A stretch of 64,000 bases of DNA from Selaginella moellendorffii. Lineage: Eukaryota; Plantae; Lycopodiophyta. The position numbers and the translations under genes are program-made. Positions 1 through 9,538 of this stretch are shown here, one piece after another. The DNA is taken from assembly GCF_000143415.4 (NCBI RefSeq), contig NW_003314267.1:2831839-2895838 (forward strand), in the 5' to 3' direction. Each line of letters starts with the position of its first letter. Within the stretch, counting starts at the first letter, position 1. Below the pieces are notes generated by a model. The model did no database searches. It was not told the DNA's origin and worked only from the letters and a program-made list of their open reading frames with translations.

Positions 1-1075
1 ATCACCCAACACTGGGTCTGGCCTTCCTGGGCCAAACTGGCCTTTCCTGGCCAAACTGGCTCCACTGCAGTCCTCCCCCTACTATACTTTTGGGGCTCAC
101 CAAACCCCCCAGGGTCTGGGAGACGAACGCTTTGGGCTTTCACCCTCTCAGGCTCCGGACTCGGACTCGGACTCGGACTCGGACTCGGACTCGGATTCGG
201 ACTCGGACTCGGGCTAGGGCTCGGTCTCGGCCTTGGCCTCGGTCTCGGTCTCGGTCCCGATCTCGGTCTCGGTCTCGGTCTCGGTCCCGGTCTCGGTCCC
301 GGTCTCGGTCTCGACTTCGGACTCCATCTCGGACTCCATCTCGGACTCCATCTCGGGTCCATCTCGGGTCCATCTCGGACTCCATCTCGGACTCCATCTC
401 GGGTCCATCTCGGACTCCATCTCGGACTCCATTTCGGGTCCACCTCGGGTCCACCTCGGACTCCATCTCAGACTCCATCTCGGACTCCATCTCGGGTCCA
501 TCTCGGGTCCATCTCGGACTCCATCTCGGACTCCATCTCGGGTCCATCTCGGACTCCATCTCGGACTCCATTTCGGGTCCACCTCGGGTCCACCTCGGAC
601 TCCATCTCGGACTCCATCTCGGACTCCATCTCGGGTCCATCTCGGACTCCACTTCGGACTCCAACTCGGGTCCATCTCGGGTCCACCTCGGACTCCATCT
701 CGGACTCCATCTCGGACTCCATCTCGGACTCCACTTCAGACTCCAACTCGGGTCCATCTCGGGTCCACCTCGGACTCCACTTCGGACTCCAACTTGGGTC
801 CATCTCGGACTCCACTTCGGACTCCAACTCGAGTCCATTTCGGACACTCCCACGTGTCATGTGTTGGTCCTTTTGGGTCCCTTTTTGGAGCCTCACCTTT
901 TGCTTGCTTCGTGCTCGTTCCTTGAGCACTTCGTTGGGAGTTCCACTCCCGCTCTTGACTTTTCAAGTCGGAGCTTTTGGTCCAAACGTGTTACGCTCGT
1001 TTGGCTCTCGCTTCGGCCACTACCATGTGGCGCCCTTCCGGCTCCACTTTGGGGCCTAGGGATTTCTGTCTCACA
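1..1075 (-). mobile_element. Partial LTR of family A (continues beyond window start)
   Basis: Near-identical to 3530-4425; contains GGACTC/GGTCTC and GGACTCCATCTC arrays; ends TGTCTCACA at 1075 and is followed by transposase-like sequence. Confidence 0.9.
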
Positions 1076-2021
1076 AAACCGTCTTTTGGACATGTATGTC
1101 TGAGGTTGTTGAACAGCAAACTGGGAAGAAACCCAACTTCTGTGGTTTCATGGTAGATGCTGCTAGTGCTACCTGGTTTTCTGTATGACAAGTATTCGGA
1201 GGTGATAAAAGTTAGCCATTACAAGGTAGAGAGAAGAGTTGTGAATTTCATTGGCCAAAGAGTGTCAATGAACATTGCCGATACATCAAATCTGACTTCC
1301 ATCACGAGTTCAAGCAGCTTTTTCGGGAATGGATGGATGCACCAATAAAGAGGAGAATGAGGCAAAGGCAAATGAGATGCGTATATGGTGGCATGAAGGA
1401 GTTAAAGTGCCAATTGAACACCTTCCACAAATGGAATGCTAGCTTGCATGGTGGGAAGTTCAAATGTTTCAATGGGCTCATTATTCTCTCCATTTAAGTT
1501 TTCATTCATTTTCTTTTTTGTCACATTCAAATGTTGCATTTTTCCTAGGATCAACCACTTGATAACATAGCACTTACACTAACAATTAATCTCTCTGAAA
1601 GTAAACATTGGACTTGGAGAGCTTCTGAAGCAGGGAAACAAAAAGTGTCCCTCTATGAAGCTACGCTCTCCAATCTCACTAGATCTCTTGAGTAGTCATC
1701 AAAAGCTTTAGCTGCACAGGAAGTAAGGTTTGCTGGTACAGGTTCGAACTTAGATAGGCTTTGAGAGCGGGCTGGTAGAAGGATAACACTAGCAGTAGGG
1801 TCAATGTCTAAGATGGTGAAGGAAGTTATTGCTAGAACTCCTATGAAATCAAGTTATAAACCACTTGGGGACATGAGAACAGCTTGTATGAAGTGTCTAT
1901 AGATATTTGATGGGTCAAACATCACTCCATTTAGCTCTCACCATCCAGAGTTTGACTACCATTCTAGTTCACAACACCGGAAAAGAACTAAGGAACATGG
2001 AGTGGAGGAGGTGCTAGTTGT
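1076..2021 (+). pseudogene. Decayed Mutator-like (MULE) DDE transposase, central part
   Basis: Frame from 1081: VFWTCMSEVVEQQTGKKPNFCGFMVDAASATWFSV*QVFG...REKSCEFHW (second D plus CxxH motif), then LAWWEVQMFQWA, probable intron 1494-1548 with degraded donor, then TINLSESKHW (catalytic E motif); stops and a frameshift. Confidence 0.7.
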
Positions 2022-3684
2022 TGTAAGCAACTAATTTTTCCATCCTACTTTAGTCACTTAACCACACTTTCAACCACTTGGAGGAGTCTCATTCACAACC
2101 TCCTTAAGTCCAATTCAGGACTTGGGACTTGCTGGCCCCAATAATGGAATCCATGCCACTCATCCTTTGCACTTGGTCCAAGTGCTCCATATGTCTGGTC
2201 CCGAGATCGACACCCCAAGGTACCATTGACATACCGACCCATTATGTTAAGCCCATGCCCATTCACCTTAGTCACACCGGTGGTCCAACACCACCTACAT
2301 CGCAATCTCGTCTCTCAACAACTGGGCCATCTGTCCAAGAGTGACCATCCAAGATCCACTCCTTAGCATCCTTAACATGCCCGCAGACAAGGGAAACCAC
2401 CTTCCCCAATATCCCTTTTACAATCCCCACCAAGTCCCTTTTCTGTCCATGGCCGAGTTTGCCTACACTGCCACTAGGACAAGGCCCCCAGGCCCGACCA
2501 CTAAGTTCCACTGTCCTCTGGGACTTTCTCACCACATGACCGTATCCTTAGTCACCACACCAGGATTGCTCCTCTTCCATTCTATAGTCTAGGACTGGAA
2601 TACTGTGGCCTTACGCGAGTCTTGTGGGTACTCTCCCCTCTTTCCGCCTTTGGGTGCTCTAGCCATGGGCTTAGAGCAAGGTGTAAGAGACTAAATTTTC
2701 CATTTTACTTTAGTCACTTAACCACATGTCTGACCACTTGGAGGAGTCTCATTGACAACCTCCATAAGTCCAACTCAGGACTTGGGGCTTGCTAGCCCCG
2801 AGAATGGCATCCATGCCACTCAACCTTAGCACTTGGTCCAAGTGCTCCACGTGTCCAATCCCATGATCGACACCCCAAGGTATCACCGACGTACCGGCCC
2901 GTTACGCTAAGGCCATGCCCATTTACCTTGGTCACACTGGTGGTCCAACACCACTTGCATCTCCGTCTTGGCCCTCCAAGACTAGGCAAACCATCCGTGA
3001 GTGGTCATCTCAGATCCACTCCTTAGCATCCTTAGGATGCCCACCGACAAGGGGAATAGCCTTCCCCAATATCCCTCTGTCAGTCCCCACTAAGTCCCTT
3101 TCTGCCCCTGGCCGTGTTTGCCAACACTGCCACTGGATCGAGACCCACAGGCCCGACCACTAAGTCCTACGGTCCTCTGGGACTTCCTCACCACACGACT
3201 GTGTCCTTGGTCACTACCCCAGAGGACTGCTCCTCTTCCTTTCCACAGTCTGGGCCTTTGGGACAACATTTCGGAACACCGTGGCCTTACGCGAGCCACC
3301 TGGGTACTCTCCTCGCCTTCTGCCCTTGGGTGCTCTAGCCATGGGCTTAGAGCGGGTTCCATTGAGCCACACCAGGTATCCAAGTAGGTAGTGCCACCCA
3401 CACTTGGACTGGGAGCATCGGCCAGTCGATCTCCCGGGGGAACTAGAGCCGGCTCTTGAACACTTCACCAAGCTACCCCACTTGTCGGTCCGTGTTCACT
3501 CTAGTCTTGGACTTCCCAGTGGGCATCTCATCACCCAACACTGGGTCCGGCCTTCCTGGGCCAAACTGGCCTTTCCTGGCCAAACTGGCTCCACTGCAGT
3601 CCTCCCCCTACTATACTTTTGGAGCTCACCAAACCCCCCAGGGTCTGGGAGACGAACGCTTTGGGCTTTCACCCTCTCAGGCTC

Positions 3685-4192
3685 CGGACTCGGACTCGGA
3701 CTCGGACTCAGACTCGGACTCGGATTCAGACTCGGACTCGGGCTCGGGCCCGGTCTCGGCCTCGGCCTCGGTCTCGGTCTCGGTCCCGATCTCGGTCTCG
3801 GTCTCGGTCCCGGTCTCGGTGTCGACTTCGGACTCCATCTCGGACTCCATCTCGGACTCCATCTCGGGTCCATCTCGGGTCCATCTCGGACTCCATCTCG
3901 GACTCCATCTCGGACTCCATCTCGGGTCCATCTCGGACTCCACTTCGGACTCCAACTCGGGTCCATCTCGGGTCCACCTCGGACTCCATCTCGGACTCCA
4001 TCTCGGACTCCATCTCGGGTCCATCTCGAACTCCACTTCGGACTCCAACTCGGGTCCATCTCGGGTCCACCTCGGACTCCACTTTGGACTCCATCTCGGA
4101 CTCCATCTCGGGTCCATCTCAGACTCCATTTCGGACTCCAACTCGGGTCCATCTCGGACTCCACTTCGGACTCCAACTCGAGTCCATCTCGG
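3685..4192. repeat. LTR-internal tandem arrays: 6-mers GGACTC/GGTCTC followed by 12-mer GGACTCCATCTC and variants
   Basis: Directly visible; equivalent arrays at ~155-845, 8672-9277, 13310-13882, 17385-17630, 62405-62920; related degenerate array in family-B LTR 10345-10580. Confidence 0.95.
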
Positions 4193-4425
4193 ACGCTCCC
4201 ACGTGTCATGTGTTGGTCCTTTTGGGTCCCTTTTTGGAGCCTTGCCTTTTGCTCGCTTCGTGCTCGTTCCTCGAGCACTTCGTTGGGAGTTCCACTCCCG
4301 CTCTTGACTTTTCAAGTCGGAGCTTTTGGTCCAAACGTGTTACGCTCGTTTGGCTCTCGCTTCGGCCACTACCATTTGGCGCCCTTCCGGCTCCACTTTG
4401 GGGCCTAGGGATTTTGTGTCTCACA

Positions 4426-4440
4426 ACTCCACCACCCATA
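4426..4440 (-). promoter_or_regulatory. Polypurine tract of family-A element
   Basis: Minus strand TATGGGTGGTGGAGT abuts the 3' LTR; identical at 10654-10668 (family B) and 17863-17877. Confidence 0.85.
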
Positions 4441-7400
4441 GACGAAGTTCGATGTCCTCATCGAACGGTAAACCATTTTGTAAAGTAACACTCGCATGTG
4501 TTACCATTTCCATCCTTGGCACCTAGCCAATATTTGTCAATGGTTTGACATTGAAGACTCACCATGCCTTTTGCATATGCCTCAATGGTTTGACACCAAA
4601 GGCTCACCATGCCTTGCCTATCCTCTAAGGACGGTAGTCTCCCCAACTTAGAGACTGATTGGACCATATGTAGTGGTTCTCTCCTTTTATTGGTTTAGTT
4701 CTCGCTAAACCTCTTAGAGACCCTTCTCTAAGTCAATCCCACTACTCCTTCTTGAGTAGTCTTAATTTCCATCTATTGAATGTTTGCACCTTGGAACTTT
4801 TACTCTTTTGACTTTTGGAAGTCAATTTCCTAGGTGTCTCCAACACCTTGCATTGCACAGATTGTGCGACTCCACTTCCCTATCCTAGGAAGTTCATTAC
4901 TTGAGGGCACCATCATCCTCTCTTCTATTTTGTGCCACCTTGGGCACTAAGTTCCATTTATCACACTTTGTGCTAGGGTTGTCCATCGCCCTATCATTTG
5001 GCTACCTTACCGCTCCCTTCCTTGGAGCTTCCACTTTCGCCAAATCGGAGCAATTCGGAATCCATCCTAGTGATTTGGGACTCGAACCCAAGCACTAGAG
5101 GGTCGGGACTCGAACCCAACCTCCGTATATGCATCTACGGACGGCATCACACAAGATGCCTGGCGTGACTCCCCACGCCGGTGCACCAACTTATTTTTAA
5201 AGCGTGCTACAGATCACAGCTTAGGAACCTAGTTCCTCCACACTGCCAAGTCCTCTCACTTGACATGTCTGTGATCATGCATGGACTCCTCCATGCTTGG
5301 CCCCATGGCCCACCCTTTTTGAAGATATCACCTTCAACTAGGGTCTTTGTTCCCCCGACGTGCCAATCTCACTTGGCAAGTCCTCCGACCATTGTAACAT
5401 GATTCCTGCATAAGCGTGAAAGTCCTTGACCATCGACTTTCGTTCAAAGCCCTCTCTTTGAACACTCGGGAACTACTTCCCTAACCTTGATAGCCTTGCC
5501 TCATGGCAAGCTTCAAGACCACGCTTTTGCTGCGCCACTCTGATTTCGCGCATTCCATGAACCATTTACACTTGGCCTTTCTAGGTACTACGCTACCTAG
5601 AATCGTCTTTGGGAACCTTGAAGGAACTCTGTCCCTCAGCTTGCTAAGGCCTCCACTTTCGCAAGCTTTATAATTGCCATATAGTCTAACATGGACAATT
5701 CCATATTTTAGACTCTCCATGGCATCACGGTTGCTAGCAACAACATCCTCGAGCACCCTCTTGATTCTCCACTCCCAACTTTCATAACCACTGTTGGATA
5801 TGCCCTTTGATTTCTATGGTTCAGTTCCATCCCAATACTACTTGCCTTTGGCTTCACACCTTTCCTTCTGTCATTCTCCTCCAGACCAGGAGGATAGCTT
5901 TGCACTTTCTATCATGCCTTAGCAAGTATTCTTAGGGATGAACCTACCCAATAGCCCAGGGAGTGGTTCCTCAATCCGGGTATGCTCAGCTTATAATCCC
6001 ACACACTGGGATTACATTGTTGCTTATGGGCCTTTACATGCCCATCACTAGCCTTGCCAAAATTCCAGTTTTGGCTTTGTCCAACTTGGGTAGACAGTCC
6101 TCTCCTGTCTCCGCAACCTTGGACATTTAGATAGCACCTTCTATCCATCATTCGCTAGGGACTTAGTCCCTTGGGCTTTATCCATTGCCCTCGCGACATC
6201 AAACACCACCTTCTGGTGTTCTAGAGTGTTCGGGTGTCCCAATGATAGCTTTCTTGACAATGAGTATTTCCTTTTATGACATTGACTTACTATATCGCAA
6301 CATAAGCAACTTATCTCCTGTAAGGGTATATTCGACTTCTCTATACTAGAAGTCTTGGGTAGCTACCTTCTACCCGTTTAACCAGTTATTTTGCACCTCT
6401 TGCTTAGTTGCCTCATAGTTGTCAAGTTCTACAACTCATTGCTTGATGCTTGCACACCTCCATCATTATCTGGGTCACCGCACTCCAACTGCATGCTCTG
6501 CCGCTTAGGCTATGCCATTCCCATTTCCATTGGGATTCCTTTGGCAAGGGGTTCTCATGAACCCACCAACATAGCCTCAAGGTATCTGATTCACACCTTG
6601 GCACATTTGGTGTCTCCACACCATCAGCTCCACGAGCCTACCTCTATGACACTTCCCCTTCGTGTTTAAGTCTTTGCCAAGACCAACACCGCTCTTTCTC
6701 ATGCCAACCATCCGTTAGCACTACACCATAGAGGTCACACACAACTTTGTGTCAAAGTTGTTTTCTTCTGGGAACACCTTTCCTATAACTTTAGCATGGC
6801 ACATTTTGCCATCGATGAGATACTCTCTGTTCTCATCCTTGGATCCTATGATCCCCCCCCCCATCCTTTGTGGGGTACAACGCACCTCAGTCCAAATGCT
6901 TCTATCAGTCCTTTTAGGACCATCCCTTGACTCTACTTGAGTTGTCTAGCAGTTTTGGACTTGGTTAATCCACCGACCCGTAAGGTCCTACTTGTGAGGC
7001 ACTAGCTCACTGGAATACACTTCTTGCATTCCGGTCCTACTCAAAAGGACTATTTTCACAAGTGTTACTCCGACACTTGATTTTGTTCTCTGGGGGCAAC
7101 CTTTGCCCCTTAGGACTACTTGTCCATGTGATGAGAATACCAACTCATCCACTTAATACACCCCCAACTCCTTGGGTTGTTCCAGCATTTATTAAAGGTA
7201 GCCCCGGCTACCATTTCAAGGACTTGAGTCCTCTTCCGTATTTGACCTTCCACGGTCATTACCTTTGGTTTCACATTCATGAGCACCAACCTCAACTATA
7301 TGAGGATAATCTTGTGACTCCTTTATTGTTTTGGAGTCTCTATCTTTCCCGTGATCCCAACTTTAGTTGTTTACCACAACAACCTAAGCCAATTTGCTGA

Positions 7401-7653
7401 GACAAATGCTCATCCGGATCACATCCTCAACTCAATGAGGAAAACCTTGCACTGTTCCCAAAATCCCAAAGTCGTTCCATTATTGGCCCTTTTCTATCCA
7501 CCACCTCGTCTACAAGTTCACACATGAACTGTAATGGAGAGCCATGTCTTCCCGACTTGCTACTCCTCAAGGATAGGCCCACTCCTCGGACCTTCCGATG
7601 CCAACACTAGTGGTGATATACTTGAGCACCAATAAAAGTCGGACTAAGGAACA

Positions 7654-7665
7654 GCTCCGATACCA
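7654..7665 (-). promoter_or_regulatory. Primer binding site, initiator tRNA-Met type
   Basis: Minus strand TGGTATCGGAGC, 3 nt inside the 5' LTR (consensus TGGTATCAGAGC). Confidence 0.88.
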
Positions 7666-9538
7666 AATTTTAAGCGACTAAATTTTCCATTTTACTTTAG
7701 TCACTTAACCACATGTCTGACCACTTGGAGGAGTCTCATTGACAACCTCCATAAGTCCAACTCAGGACTTGGGGCTTGCTAGCCCCGAGAATGGCATCCA
7801 TGCCACTCAACCTTAGCACTTGGTCCAAGTGCTCCACGTGTCCGATCCAATGATCGACACCCCAAGGTATCACCGACGTACCGGCCCGTTACGCTAAGGC
7901 CATGCCCATTTACCTTGGTCACACTGGTGGTCCAACACCACTTGCATCTCCGTCTTGGCCCTCCAAGACTAGGCAAACCATCCGTGAGTGGTCATCTCAG
8001 ATCCACTCCTTAGCATCCTTAGGATGCCCACCGACAAGGGGAATAGCCTTCCCCAATATCCCTCTGTCAGTCCCCACTAAGTCCCTTTCTGCCCCTGGCC
8101 GTGTTTGCCAACACTGCCACTGGATCGAGACCCACAGGCCTGACCACTAAGTCCTACGGTCCTCTGGGACTTCCTCACCACACGACTGTGTCCTTGGTCA
8201 CTACCCCAGAGGATTGCTCCTCTTCCTTTCCACAGTCTAGGCCTTTGGGACAACATTTCGGAACACCGTGGCCTTACGCGAGCCACCTGGGTACTCTCCT
8301 CGCCTTCTGCCCTTGGGTGCTCTAGCCATGGGCTTAGAGCGGGTTCCATTGAGCCACACCAAGTATCCAAGTAGGTAGTGCCACCCACACTTGGACTGGG
8401 AGCATCGGCCAGTCGATCTCCCGGGGGAACTAGAGCCGGCTCTTGAACACTTCACCAAGCTACCCCACTTGTCGGTCCATGTTTACTCTAGTCTTGGACT
8501 TCCCAGTGGGCATCTCATCACCCAACACTGGGTCCGGCCTTCCTGGGCCAAACTGGCCTTTCCTGGCCAAACTGGCTCCACTGCAGTCCTCCCCCTACTA
8601 TACTTTTGGAGCTCACCAAACCCCCCAGGGTCTGGGAGACGAACGCTTTGGGCTTTCACCCTCTCAGGCTCCGGACTCGGACTTGGACTCGGACTCGGAC
8701 TCGGACTCGGATTCGGACTCGGACTCGGGCTCGGTCTCGGTCCCAGTCTCAGTCCCGGTCTCGGTCTCGACTTCGGACTCCATCTCGAGTCCATCTCAGA
8801 TTCCATCTCAAGTACATCTCGAACTCCATCTCGGACTCCATCTCGGACTCCATCTCGAACTCCATCTCGGGTCCATCTCGGGTCCATCTCGGACTCCATC
8901 TCGGACTCCATCTCGGGTCCATCTCGGACTCCACTTCGGACTCCAACTCGGGTCCATCTCGGGTCCACCTCGGACTCCATCTCGGACTCCATCTCGGACT
9001 CCATCTCGGGTCCATCTCGGACTCCACTTCGGACTCCAACTCGGGTCCATCTCGGGTCCACCTCGGACTCCATCTCGGACTCCATCTCGGACTCCATCTC
9101 GGGTCCATCTCGGACTCCACTTCGGACTCCAACTCGGGTCCATCTCGGGTCCACCTCGGACTCCACTTTGGACTCCATCTCGGACTCCATCTCGGGTCCA
9201 TCTCGGACTCCATTTCGGACTCCAACTCGGGTCCATCTCGGACTCCACTTCGGACTCCAACTCGAGTCCATCTCGGACACTCCCACGTGTCATGTGTTGG
9301 TCCTTTTGGGTCCCTTTTTGGAGCCTTGCCTTTTGCTCGCTTCGTGCTCGTTCCTCGAGCACTTCGTTGGGAGTTCCACTCCCGCTCTTGACTTTTCAAG
9401 TCGGAGCTTTTGGTCCAAACGTGTTACGCTCGTTTGGCTCTCGCTTCGGCCACTACCATTTGGCGCCCTTCCGGCTCCACTTTGGGGCCTAGGGATTTTG
9501 TGTCTCACACAAGGTTCCGTTAAGCCATGCCAGGTATC

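Larger units (their letters stand above)
2682..9509 (-). mobile_element. Full-length non-autonomous LTR retrotransposon, family A (LARD-like)
   Basis: LTRs 2682-4425 and 7669-9509; TSD CAAGG at 2677-2681 and 9510-9514; PBS and PPT on minus strand; 3.2-kb internal region has no pol ORF. Confidence 0.93.

Noticed and set aside
90-1103. Long overlapping ORFs (RS-, SD-, LG-rich) here and at 3.4-4.5, 8.4-9.7, 13.1-13.9 and 62.2-63.0 kb
   Set aside because: They arise from stop-free 6- and 12-mer arrays inside LTRs, are open in several frames on both strands, and show no domain signal
5067-5124. tRNA gene
   Set aside because: T-arm-like hairpins only; no D arm, anticodon arm or acceptor stem could be built
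6422-6619. gag ORF in the family-A internal region
   Set aside because: Only a faint LSGRACSW resemblance to gag LxGxAxxW; too short and degenerate to call
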